Numbered from the stretch's first letter, positions 11,641 through 23,953 are shown. The stretch is 64,000 nt of DNA from Octopus sinensis (GCF_006345805.1 NC_043007.1:30442001-30506000); one strand, 5' to 3'. The notes: generated from the letters alone by a model not told the origin. Made by a program: numbers and translations.

Positions 11641-13031
11641 TAAAAAGAAACTATAATAATAATAATAATTAGATTGATGTTACTTCTCCAGAAATTAAAG
11701 AAACAATAAAGATAGCTGTATATCGAGTTTGAACAACTTCTATATTCGTTACAAACATCTAATACTAACAACGAATTTTGTTTAACATGACTTATTAAGA
11801 AAACGGAAAGTGTGACCTAATGTATACGCTGGTCAGTTGGACATCTGCAGGGAAATTCAACTTGGAATCACGAAACTGCCTTCCGATCAGAAAAGACTTT
11901 GAGGCCTAATTTCCAAACTGATTTAATATAGGTCATCATCATCATCATCAAAAAGTAAAACTTCGACATTGATCGAATACACATGACACTCCTGAAACAA
12001 TCACCCTATAAACAAATAATATTTACACACAAAAGAAAGAAAACAAGAAGTGTCGTGCACAAAGCACGTCTTCCATGCGCTATTTTGTACTGGTTCCCGA
12101 GCTCAATTTTGCCACCTGTCTTTCCAGGATCAATAAATAATGTACCAACGAAATAAATGGTTTGAATTTTCGCAGACCGTCTCTTTCTCTGTATCCCCCC
12201 CCCCCGCCCTCGAGATAAAGGTGACTGTCATTAGAGTTTGGGGGATGGGGAGGCGGGGGAGACCGGTCATTTCGATCCTTTCTCCAGAATTGGTCAAGTA
12301 TTGAGCGACGCGCTTATAGATTCGTCTGCTGGAAATTTGCTAGTTACGTACTAAACAACTTTCGATGTGTATAATTTGCAGTGCAGTACAATACAAACCT
12401 ACTCTTGTGACTGTCTCTGTATTGTAATAATTATAAACAAACGAACCGATTTCGCTGTCTCTAAAGTTTAGCCAGACGAACGCAGATAGACAGTGACACC
12501 AGTGATGAGATCATCCGAGTTTATATTCAATTGTCAACTGTGAATAAATCATTGGCAAACTGCGGGATCAACTTCGTTTGGATGTTCTCAACAGCATTGG
12601 AAATCAGTGTCTTGCGACAAGTCTGTCCTTATGTGGACGAAGGAAATCAATAATGTAAAGTAGAATATTAAATTACTGACATCTAATTGCTGTCTTATTA
12701 CATTAGTAATGTTTATTATGATTCGTTTGGCGTTCCATTGGTGAAGATTCTGCAGCGGGTGTAATATAGCAGAGGTGAAGAATAGTGGAACTGGAGATTT
12801 TTCCCAAGAGTGTTTCTCGATTGCGTTCAAGATTACGAGGTTATATTATGGAAACACAACAGACTTTTTCAATGCTGCAAAGGTTAATCACAGCGCATTA
12901 CTAAATACGAGACAAATCATTGGAGAGAGAGAGAGAGAGAGAGAGAGATGAAGATAAACGACGGAAACAGAGAAGGAAAACGGAAAGAGGCTTGACAGCA
13001 TTATTGAAGATATGAGTTCTGATACTTACAT

Positions 13032-13068
<37 letters not shown>

Positions 13069-13072
13069 TGCA

Positions 13073-13108
<36 letters not shown>

Positions 13109-13478
13109 CACAAATATATATACACATATATATATATATACACACATATATATATACATATATATACACATATATATATATATATACATATATATATACA
13201 CACATATATATATACACACACATACACACACATATATATATATACGCACATAAAATTTGAAGATTATATATATATATATATATAGGAATTGTTTGTCCAT
13301 AATGAACCACAAATATATATGCTTTTATATACACACATGTATATATATATATTAGATAGATACATAAATAGATAGATAGTAATTAAATATTCCCTCAGCT
13401 TTAAATCTTGTACGAAATAACGTTATTTGAAGTGCGTAAAGCTTCATTCAAATATACTGTACAGCTCTTTATTTACCG

Positions 13479-13568
<90 letters not shown>

Positions 13569-13696
13569 ATTGACCGCTACCTCCTGTTGTAAGCTTGAAA
13601 CGTAAAATACTTTCTCACCTTCCCGAGCATGAAACTTATACACCTGTTTGTTGTTTATACACCTGTCTTTGTCTTTTCTTTTTCTGTAAATTTCAA

Positions 13697-13746
<50 letters not shown>

Positions 13747-13939
13747 CGTACATACATACATACATCAGTTACGGAATGGAGTAGATAAAATCCGAGTTAC
13801 ACGTTTTATAGCGAGCAGAACCTCAGGAGTAGCAATCGATGACTTCTATGATTTACCTGTTCGCTAATTCTAATTATACATTCGCAGATTGATCAATATG
13901 AATTCGAGTTTTGCTAAGGAGTTGAGTGAACATTTAGAG

Positions 13940-14340
13940 TGATGTACGATTGCAAGTTACCATCCATTCTCTTCTGTGTCCGTAAACTAGTAGCCATCTC
14001 TTTCATTGGTTTGGTCGGTAAACTAGTAGCCATCTCTTTCATTGGTGATGCGCTTTACTTCTTGAAAGAGTTCTTTAAAGATGTTCGCAAGATTTTGGCA
14101 GGTGTCTTTCTTGAATACAACTTTGTGTTTCTGAAGAGTAATTTGATGATGGAGTTTGTTTTGTTTTGGAAGTTGAGTCTAACGAATCTATTATGACAAA
14201 AAGATTTGCGTTCAATTGTTTTGAATTTTTGTACGACTTTATATTATTTTGGGCAATTGTTTCTTCGAAAGCAAACTCTTCTAGTGTGTTTGTGTGGTCG
14301 TTGATTTTCTTTTCGTGACATTCTATTCCATATCTATTAC
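13940..14340 (-). pseudogene. Possible decayed Penelope-like element ORF (RT-endonuclease linker)
   Basis: Minus frames give VRLNFQNKTNSIIKLLFRNTK / VVFKKDTCQNLANIF, loosely like the PLE linker; many stops. Includes a local 27-nt tandem duplication AAACTAGTAGCCATCTCTTTCATTGGT. Confidence 0.25.
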
Positions 14341-15169
14341 TTTTTTAATACATTACAAGTATCGTTTTCTTCCTGGGATAAGGATGTCCTTGTTGATTTC
14401 GCTACAACCCGTGCTCAGACTGCAGAAACATTCCACATTCAAATTACTTCTCGGTTGGTAAATACCGCTGGATCTCATGGCGATTGTTTGTACATTTAAA
14501 CGTTATAGTTTATTGACAAAACTGGAATAGACTATCCAATGTATCTTATATATTACATTGCTTTTTCAATTTCTTTTTTTTTTTTTTCGTGACTCAATTT
14601 TGATGTCATTGATATCGTCAGTTGAGAGCTATCTTCTGAGAGTATTTGTATTAATGTTGTATATATTGGAGAGAAATCATTCTTCTGTGAGTGGCTATCG
14701 CGTTTGTATTGATGGAGATCACTGTAAACAGATTACGGACACAGAAACAAACCAGTGAAAAAATAGAACAATCAACGAATTGACAGGTCAAACAATGACA
14801 ACCATATATTAGGAAATGTCTTAATAAAATAGCGTCAGAAATCAACCGGGAAAACGGTAACCAAAGACAAAAGACTGAACTCGCTTCAATGTTTGTTAAA
14901 CCTGCTCAAATCCTGAAGTAAGATGATCGCCATGGCGTGGAACACAAATACCAAGAGAAAGAACTCCTTTTTACATAAGCAAACTATTCTACCCATTGTA
15001 TCAAATATGTCAGTTTACTTGACAAACGGGCAACATGTAGACCTCTCTGCACACACACACACGCGCGAGTATATATATCTTTTCGTTTGATTATATTAGC
15101 TTTAGTAATTCGGCTATGTCCATGCTGCTGCACAGTTTATGATGCATACATAGACATGTATATACTTAC

Positions 15170-15218
<49 letters not shown>

Positions 15219-15400
15219 TGTACATATATGTATGTATATAAGCAGGTCTGTATAATAGAAAGAAAGCTCAAACCTTTTGAGCTTGAATGGATAAACTGAC
15301 GAACACATGAAGACTTCTAACGTATGACTTCAAGTGAGTTATATTTAAGGCATCCGGGAACCAGATGATAGATTAAGTCTACTCGAATATGATTTTACAA

Positions 15401-15703
15401 TGGTGAGACCCCCTTCGGTCGTGACTGACCATGGGATTGCACCTAGAAAGTTACCCTCCAAGGCACAGGTCCGGTCAAGGTTGTTTATGGACGACCAGCA
15501 GTCGCCCATGCATACCGACCTCCCCTCTCCACACCACCAGTGTTATCCAAGGGAAAGGCAAAGGGGCCGATACAGCTTTCTACAACTGAGTAAACTGGAG
15601 CAACGTGAAATAAAGTGTCTTGCTCAAGAACACAACACGCAGCCCGGTCCGGGATTCGAGCTCACAATCTCGACGCTCTAACCACTGAGCCACGCGCCTT
15701 CAC
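15401..15703 (-). mobile_element. tRNA-headed SINE family D
   Basis: Minus strand GTGAAGGCGCGTGGCTCAGTGGTTAGAGCG (A-box) ... CTCGAATCCCGG (B-box-like), then TGTGTTCTTGAGCAAGACACTTTATTTCACGTTGCTCCAG, reminiscent of V/CORE-type central domains. Confidence 0.8.
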
Positions 15704-16143
15704 CATCTTTTACAATAACATTAATTTATTTAAGATAATGCGATAATGAATGGATTTTATGAGTAGAGCAGTTGGGTTAGTATAAGCTTTAAGGCTTTAA
15801 ATTCGACCAATATATTTTATTCGGGGTACGTAGCGTGGGAAGAATGTCAGAGTTAAAATCAATAACAAAAGCTACAAAAGGTTTTAGAAATGTGGATTAT
15901 TTGATTGCATTTAAACATTTTCTTTTCTTGAACTAATTTTTCTAATTTGGTGACTTTTATATTGTTTTTTTTTTGTTTTTCAGCTAAATATAAACTCCTT
16001 TGTAGTTATGCAAAGCTTATTTGGGTTTACAACAAAGGGAAATCAATCAATTGGTATTATGTTATCATGATCATCATCATGATCATCAAATATTTAACAA
16101 CTACTGAACCAAAAATAATGTGTGTGCGTGTGTGTATGTGAGA

Positions 16144-16182
<39 letters not shown>

Positions 16183-16236
16183 AAGAAGAAGAAGAGTTAC
16201 GAAGTAGCATTACCTTTAATTCCTTTTTATATATAT

Positions 16237-16426
16237 ACTAGCTGGCACCGTGCCGTCAAAAATGACGGCTAAATTGTAGTATTTTATAAATAAATATGGA
16301 TGATAAATCAGATTAATTCACTTGTCAATGTTCACATACATTCACGTACTTCCCTTGTACACGCCCCTTCCTTTCTCATGCATATTTAGTGACGGAGAAA
16401 AACACCAGAGTATTATTATAGTAGAT
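16237..16426 (+). mobile_element. Short non-autonomous Helitron-type element (tentative)
   Basis: Starts ACTAGC after an AT run, has subterminal hairpin GCCGTC-AAAAAT-GACGGC (16252-16269) and ends TATTATTATAGTAGAT; same architecture as 53767-54132. Confidence 0.5.
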
Positions 16427-16689
16427 GCACAGCTTCAAATACACCGACACATTTAGAAAGAGAGAAGGGAGAGAGAGAGAGAGAGAGAGAGAGGTCTGTG
16501 AATGTGTGCGGGTGTGATTGCGAGATTTAATCATTTCTACAAAATCATAGAATAGAACAACGTTATAATTACAAATGTATTTTAATGAAATTGAAAATTG
16601 TCAAATAATTTCCTAATACAAGAATTATATTCGTTTCCTTATTCTAGCATTCTTCCAGAAACAGAAATGAAAATAAAGCTGTGATTAGT

Positions 16690-16858
16690 TTATTTTATTT
16701 ATTATTATTATTATTATTATTATCATTATTATTATTATCTTTTATTATCATTATTATTATTATCTTTTATTATTATTATTATTATCTTTTATTATCATTA
16801 TCTTTTATTATCATTATTATTATTATCTTTTATTATTATTATTATTATCATTATTATT
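16690..16858. repeat. (TTA)n array with TCTTT/TCA interruptions
   Basis: Direct reading; source of the poly-I/L/Y ORF 16681-17046. Confidence 0.9.
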
Positions 16859-17857
16859 TTTGTCGTGGTTTTCCCTGTAAAAGTACAAAATACCTTCTTT
16901 TCTCTTTTGAGGTATCATCTGACAGGAAATATTCTATTCTGAAACTACACAGAAAAATCCTACAAGCAATTAATCTCACGAATTCAAAAAGCTCGGTAGA
17001 ATCACCATTATGCGATATTTTGCAATATTTTCATTCGTGGTGTTGAATGAAAAAAGGAATTTAGTGAGGGAAGGAATTAGAGGGGAATTAATGGAACCGG
17101 TTCTAAGGCTGCAGTTTTGCACTTTTATCTGCTTCGAATTATTCAATCAACGTTTTGTATCACATGGAAAATAAATTGTCAGTTAGTATCTCTTAATTAA
17201 AATGATGCCTAACATCGTCACTTGAATACAAATGGTGTTATTTTAGTTCTGGCGGTTGGTATTATTATTCATCACCTGCTCAAGCCTGATTCCGTAGATC
17301 TATTATCAAAGGTATTCCCACCGTGACATTCTCGTCTCTTGCTATATTTAAAAAATACTATAGCTTGCACTGTGTCAGTAGCGTGTTGTTGGTAAGGGGA
17401 AATTGGAGATCCTGTTTGTTATTTTAAAGAGGTTAGCCGACCCCTTACATACACCGCTCATCGAATCGCAAATTGTTTGACGGGTAATTAAGAGGGTGGG
17501 GTAGAGATGATGTTTATTGGAAACTTAATGTAGACGTAACTAATTAGTTATTATACTAAATAGTTCTAGTACATTAATTAGTTGGTTACAGTACAATAAT
17601 TAAATTATCGTTACTAGTAATTAATACAATACAATTAATTAGCTATTTATCGAACTCAATTTGTGAATGTACAATTCTGACTTCGCCGGTAGGATGACAT
17701 ACAACTTAGTTGCCGGAGGGATTGATGTTAACAAGTAAAATGATATCAAATGATGGCTCACCTTCTGCAAATTAGAGAAGGAGAAAGTCGTTACATCGAA
17801 CCAAGCGCTCGACTGGTAACGACAACAACAATAACAAAAACAACAGCAACAAGAAAG

Positions 17858-17901
<44 letters not shown>

Positions 17902-18841
17902 TAGCACTATGACCCGGCGTTGCATGCATATACAGCTGCGTGCGTGTGCACATACACGCGAGTACTGTCCAAATCTCCGACCAATCACATACAGCTAGCT
18001 GGCATTCAATTGGCGTATCAAGTTTCGGGCATTTTGATTGGGTTTTGGATAGAAAATTCACATAAAATGTCAATTCTATTGATTTTTTAATGGCTTTGTG
18101 GGGTAACTGGAGAAATGTAAAGATGTGCAGGACCACCCTTGGACGGTTTTGAATGACCATAGAAAGTGCGAGCCCTCTAACTGTGGATTTGTATAAAGGA
18201 CACACACACAGACATTTTGCCGTTTATTTATATAGAAATAATAATAATGATAATAATAATAATTGCATATTGATGAGTAACGCGCATTTTTAGTCGATTG
18301 AACGAAGGTATCTATTGTTTTAATGGACTTGGGACGCAAATTAAAGCCGTCTTCGTCGAGTGTCGAACTTAACAAGCAAAACGGCGTGAATAAATACCGT
18401 TTGGTTCTTACTCCGCCAATCTACCGCCTCTGTCAGTCTATTTTCGCACAGGAATGGCAATGGAGATGGAATCTGCAATTGTTTTTAATAGCAATTCAAA
18501 TCGAATTATTATCTTTGGAACCATTCCAATTTAAATTTGTCCATTATAATCAGTTAATTTGTTCAGTGTAAAGTTATAGATTTTTTTTCCAGTTTCAAAG
18601 TAATTTGCTACACTATTGAGTTAACGGATTATTATTTTAATTATGTCAGCTAAAAATATAAATAGTTCCATGTAAACGGAAGGTGGAGAACTGGGTTTTG
18701 TTTATATTATTATAAAATAAAGTTCAATAAACAATAGATTTTAATGACTAAGCGCATGAAGGGGAAGGGAAAGGAAACAGAGGCGGTGGAATTGGTGATT
18801 TTTATATAATTATTGTATGGTTGGGGGTGTAAGTGTGCAGT

Positions 18842-19224
18842 CGTGGCACTCCGTCGGTTACGACGACGAGGATTCCAGCTGATCCGATCAACGGAACAGT
18901 CTGCACGTGGAATTGACGTGTAAGTGGCTGAGTACTCCACAGACACATGTACACTTAACGTAGTCCTCAGTGAGATTCAGCGTGACACAGAGTGTGACAA
19001 GGCTGGCCTTTTGAAATACAGGCGCAACAGAAACAGGAAGAAAGAGTGAGAGAAAGTTGCGGTGAAAGAGTACAGCAGGGTTTACAACCGCCTCCTGCCG
19101 GAGCTCCGGGGAGCCTTAGGTGTTTTCGCTCAATAAACACTCACAATGCCCGGTCTGGGAATCGAAACCGCGATCCTACGACCGCGAGTCCGCTGTCCTA
19201 ACCACTGGGCCATTGCGCCTCCAC
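18842..19224 (-). mobile_element. Apparently full-length tRNA-headed SINE family C
   Basis: Minus strand GTGGAGGCGCAATGGCCCAGTGGTTAGGACAGCGGACTCGCGGTCGTAGGATCGCGGTTTCGATTCCC (A and B boxes, tRNA-like) continues into a ~300-nt non-tRNA body; partial second copy at 45099-45262. Confidence 0.85.
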
Positions 19225-19537
19225 TAGAGGTGTACTATCCCTAAGCAGTTCGTTTCGCGACTATGTTGGCTGGATTCGATCCCAATACACGGCATCTGTA
19301 GTAAAATATTCATTTTCTATAAGCTCAATGCATAGAATCCCATCTGGTTGATTATAAGGCAAGGAACCTTGCGACACAAATTCTACCTGAGAATTTTGTG
19401 AAGAATACGAATGCCTGTGCTATTTTAAGCTATACTGTAATTCGGAAGAAAGTATTTCAGTTGATCAAGGAACCGAATCCATATTACCGAACGACGGAGA
19501 ACCATCTCACACACATACACGCATACATAAACACACA

Positions 19538-19764
19538 CGAGGTCCGATCAAAACGCATCGGGACTGCTTGTATAAAATCAAAATTCTGACACATCTAAAT
19601 TTGATATTTAACACCTTGTCCCCATCTAAAGCCAGACACTTTATCCTGCGTCGTTTCCATTGATGGAACTATTTCTGGAACTCCTTGTTTGGAATAGCGA
19701 ACAGCTCCCTCGTCGCATTCTCTTAGATTTCCTCAACGTCTTCAAATCTTGTTCCTTTAAAGTG
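19538..19764 (-). mobile_element. mariner transposon 3' end: transposase C-terminus plus TIR-like end
   Basis: Minus frame HFKGTRFEDVEEI*ENATRELFAIPNKEFQK*FHQWKRRRIKCLALDG; terminal CGAGGTCCGATCAAAACGCATCGGGACTG at 19538-19566 resembles mariner TIRs. Confidence 0.8.
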
Positions 19765-19772
19765 AGGTTTCA

Positions 19773-20175
19773 CACAGCCTCAGATTCAATACGAAGCCCT
19801 ACATCAAAGGCCTGGAGGAGGTAGTGCTGTCCTGGGTTAAGAGGTTGGCTTCTGGGCGACCCTGTATTTGGCAAGAAGACTCTGCACCATGCCGCACAAA
19901 TAGAACCCAATCATGGCTGTCTGACAATTTCTACGTCCACATCACCCTTAACATCTAGCTACCTAACTCCACAGACTGTAACCCTCTTGATTATTATGTG
20001 TGGGGCGCAGCGAAGCGAGATACCAACAAAACTCCTTGTAACACCAGACATGAACTGAAGGTAAGGATTATGGCAGCATTCACCGACTTAAATAAGGAGA
20101 CCGTTCAGAAGAGTTGCAGGAGATTCCGAAGTGGTCTGGAGGCCGTAGTTGAAACTAATCGCGATTTTAATGGAG
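19773..20175 (+). pseudogene. Tc1/mariner-superfamily transposase catalytic C-terminus, maT/DD37D-like
   Basis: Single frame WQEDSAPCRT...I*LPNSTDCNPLDYYVWGAAKRDTNKTPCNTRHELKVRIMAAF...CRRFRSGLEAVVE; 36 residues counted between the second and third catalytic Asp; one internal stop. Confidence 0.88.
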
Positions 20176-20473
20176 AAATTTCTCCTTTAATATTTCAAGA
20201 TGGTTTTATGTAATTTCGGTGACTAAGTCTGTTAAAATGAGATGTCAGTGTTATTTTCGAAATATTACATTTCCAAATCTCTCAGAGAGACATATACAGG
20301 GGCAGCATGATAAAGTGATGGTTTGTTGCCAACTTAATGTGATAGTCCTAGGAAAGGGAAGAATGCTATGTTATATATCCCCAGGAAACACCCTTTCCAG
20401 TTGGCTATGTGACACAAACGTTCTGTGTCCTTAAGTTTTCAAACAGGGGGGATAAGCAACTCCACCAAACAAC

Positions 20474-20533
20474 GCCAGTAGCCAGAGACTTGTTTCAGAG
20501 TTATTACTCTTCATCAGTCTGGAGTAGCTTGGC
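20474..20533 (-). ncRNA. Type I hammerhead ribozyme, canonical core
   Basis: Minus strand GCCA-AGCUACU-CCAGA-CUGAUGA-AGAGU-AAUA-ACUCU-GAAAC-AA-GUC-UCUGG-CUAC-UGGC. All invariant core bases present; 5-bp stem II; 5+4-bp stem I with internal loop; minimal stem III; predicted cleavage between 20487 and 20486. Confidence 0.8.
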
Positions 20534-20650
20534 TTGCAAGCTGTCGATGCTTATTCACCTTTATTTCAAGTGAAATAAACTCACTGATCTACAAAATTAG
20601 AAATACTGTATTTCTAAATGTCTCAGAGAGACTTGCGTAATTTAGAAAAT

Positions 20651-20865
20651 ATATTCTTTTCTACTCTAGGTACAAGGCCCGAAATTTTTGGGGAGAGGGC
20701 CAGTCGATTAAATCGACCCCAGTACGTAACTGGTACTTAATTTATCGATCCCAAAAGGATGAAAGGCAAAGTCGACCTCATCGGAATTTGAACTCAGAAA
20801 GTTAAAACATGAAATACCACTAAGTATTTCGCCCAGCGTGCTTTCGTTTCTGCCAGCTCGCCGCC
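20651..20865 (-). mobile_element. SINE family B, monomeric form with 3' tail
   Basis: Head GGCGGCGAGCTGGCAGAAACGAAAGC, body GTCGACTTTGCCTTTCATCC, tail CTTGTACCTAGAGTAGAAAAGAATAT. Confidence 0.85.
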
Positions 20866-21261
20866 CTTAGACGACAATATATTCACCACACCCTGAGTGT
20901 ATATATGTATGTGTGTGTATATATATATATATATATATAGTAGTAGTAACAACAACAATAATGATCGATTAGACGAAAGACATGAAAGAGTTGTTCCTGT
21001 GTTTATGTCGAGGTAGGGGAAGTCTTCAAATTTTCCAAAAGAACTGGAATGGAATGACATGAAGCGAAATAAAATAAAATAAGGGAGAATATCAGACGTT
21101 CTTACATTCCACAATTTTCCATCTCCTGCTTCATGATGCTTCAATGTTTTTTCTTTTTGTTTTTTTACTTTATTTCATTCCGTTTCATTTCATATCCTTG
21201 GAGAATTTTTCGAATGAGGTAGCATAACAATTTAACCGAATCGCCTGTTTAATTCTGCTCT

Positions 21262-21950
21262 TGAATATATATATATATATATATATGTGTGTATGTATCT
21301 ATCTATCTATATATCTATATATATGTATATATGTATGTATCTATCTATCTATATATCTATATATATGTATATATGTATGTATCTATCTATCTATATATCT
21401 ATATATATGTATATATGTATGTATCTATCTATCTATCTATATATCTATATATATGTATATATATATGTATGTATGTATCTATCTATATATCTATATGTAT
21501 ATATGTATATATCTATATGTATATATGTATGTATGTATCTATATATATATCTATATATATATATATGTATATATCTATATGTATACATGTATGTATGTAT
21601 CTATCTATATATCTATATATATATATGTATATATGTATATATCTATATGTATATATGTATGTATGTATCTATCTATATATCTATATATATATGTATATAT
21701 ATATATATCTATATGTATATATGTATGTATGTATCTATCTATATATCTATATATATATGTATATATGTATGTTTGTATCTATCTATATATATATATATAT
21801 AATATATATATTATATAATATATATATATATGTATCTATCTATATATTATATATGTATGTATATATGTATGTATGTATCTATATCTATCTATATATATAT
21901 GTATCTATGTATCTATATATATATAAGTGTGTGTGTGTATGTATGTATGT
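21262..21950. repeat. Compound TATC/TATG/TA microsatellite with ~42-nt higher-order units
   Basis: GTATGTATCTATCTATCTATATATCTATATATATGTATATAT repeated three times from ~21290, then variants. Confidence 0.9.
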
Positions 21951-22069
21951 ATATATGAATACATTCAGAATGTAGTTATGATGGTATAAGAGCAAATTTA
22001 TAACAATATAAAGCAAGTTACATACCGGCGTGCGCATGAACATGGCCATATACATGTGTGTGTGTGTGT

Positions 22070-22117
<48 letters not shown>

Positions 22118-22582
22118 CACTTGTTTGTGCTTATGTTTGTGTGTGTATATATATTACTGACAATGTCTTCGAAGTTTCGCTAGCTGCCTGCATTATTGAA
22201 ACTGTAATTATATGTGAGATGGGTGTTCGTCACTGGGGGTGGGGACCACATCGGATTTGATTGCCAGCCTTCTCGTTGAAGAGGCTAGTTATACTAGTTA
22301 CAATGGGAGGGGCTAACCTTAAAGAAATTAATAATAATCATGATTAATTAGTAAGTATTTATCTTTAAATGATATAGCTTGTGGTATTTACTGACGTCCG
22401 TTCACAAATTTCGGTGGGACCAACTTTGCGTTTCATTTTTCGACGATTGATGGAACAAGAAAAATATGAGACACGAGAGAAGATTTATATATGGGAAACT
22501 ATTCTGTGTCGCGACGCGATTTAAGAATTATCTCCGGCGTAAAGCGATTTCTGCATATATCACAAAATACTGAATTACAGAG

Positions 22583-22734
22583 AGAAAGAGGGAGAGGAAG
22601 AGAAGAAGCGAGGGAGAGAGAGAAAGAGGGAGAGGAAGAGAAGAAGCGAGGGAGAGAGAGAAAGAGGGAGAGGAAGAGAAGAAGCGAGGGAGAGAGAGAA
22701 AGAGGGAGAGGAAGAGAAGAAGCGAGGGAGAGAG
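22583..22734 (+). repeat. Polypurine minisatellite, 38-nt unit x4
   Basis: Unit AGAAAGAGGGAGAGGAAGAGAAGAAGCGAGGGAGAGAG starts at 22583, 22621, 22659 and 22697. Confidence 0.95.
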
Positions 22735-23002
22735 AAACGGACAGCCTCAGACAGACTGGAAGTCAAATGCGTAGAGTGAGGTAGATGCAAATGGCGTACA
22801 ATATGTCCATGGATCGATTCACTCGTCTGAAAGCATTCTTCAAGGCGCTGCGCAAGCGTGATCGCTGTCTAATGACTGAAACAAGTAAAAGGTAGAATGA
22901 TGTGTGTGTGTGTTGTGTGTGTGTGTGTGTGTGTTGTGTGCGTACATATTTTGTTTTCCTGGGGAAAAAATTACACCGATAATAATCATGATAATAATTT
23001 TA

Positions 23003-23388
23003 TTTGTTTCAGTCATTTGACTGCGGCCATGTTGGAGCACCACCTTTAGTCGAGCAAATCGACTTTGTAAGCCTAGTACTTATTCTATCGGTCCTTTTGC
23101 CGAACCGCTAAGTTACGGGGACGTAAACACACCAGCATCGGTTGTCAAGCGATGTTGGAGGCACAAACACTGACACACAAACATATATATATATACGTGT
23201 GTGTGTGTGTGTGTGTATACATACATATACACAACGGGCTTCTTTCAGTTTCCATCTACCAAATCTACTCACAAGGCTTTGGTCGGCCCGAGGCTATAGA
23301 AGAAGACTCTTGGTCAAGGTGCCACGCAGTGGAACTGAACCGGAACCATGTGGTTAGTAAGCAAGCTACTTGCCACACAGCCACTCCT
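23003..23388 (-). mobile_element. SINE family A, near full length
   Basis: Minus head AGGAGTGGCTGTGTGGCAAGTAGC...GGTTCAGTTCCACTGCGTGGCACC; internal (CA/TA) microsatellite; tail CATGGCCGCAGTCAAATGACTGAAACAAA. Confidence 0.9.
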
Positions 23389-23591
23389 CTCTATTGACTG
23401 AAACAAGTAAAAGGTAGAATGGTGTGTGTGTGTGTGTGGTGTGTGTGTGTGTGTGTGTGTGTTGCCTGAACTACATCGACACCGCTACTCAACTGGTACT
23501 TATTTTATCGAACCCAAAGCATCAAAGGCAAAGTCAACCACGGCAGAATTTGAACTCAGAAAGTAAGGATGGACGAAATGATAATAACACA

Positions 23592-23705
23592 CAAAGTTCT
23601 TTCGTTGTGGCTCGCAGGCTTTTCAGTGACCCGTGATTGCCAAAGCAGACGAGATTGGAACGAGATGGGAATCACGTGTCACTGAAAAGCAACGAAAGAA
23701 CTTTG
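23592..23705. other. Long imperfect inverted repeat (16 bp + 11-nt bulge + 22/24 bp, 23-nt loop)
   Basis: 23592-23607 is the exact reverse complement of 23690-23705; 23619-23642 pairs with 23666-23689 with two mismatches. Confidence 0.9.
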
Positions 23706-23909
23706 ACAGACAAACAACTGGTTGATCGCTTAACCAACACGTTACACAAACGATCGATTACTTAGTTGATTCGATATTTAACCAAGTGATTAAAAGAGAA
23801 GTGAAATTGAACCTGTGCGTGTGTTATCGTTATTGGCGCAACGACTCTCCCAAGACACAACAAAATTTGTTTCACATCAAGAATATTGCAAACCAAATAG
23901 AAAAACGAA

Positions 23910-23953
<44 letters not shown>

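Noticed and set aside
19150-19224. tRNA-like heads (also 15640-15703, 45190-45262 and the family A/B heads) as tRNA genes
   Set aside because: Each continues into a shared multi-copy non-tRNA body and lacks a complete cloverleaf with an acceptor-stem 3' strand; these are SINE heads.
22411-22420. TCGGTGGGAC match to the start of miR-278
   Set aside because: The match ends after 10 nt and no complementary arm is nearby.
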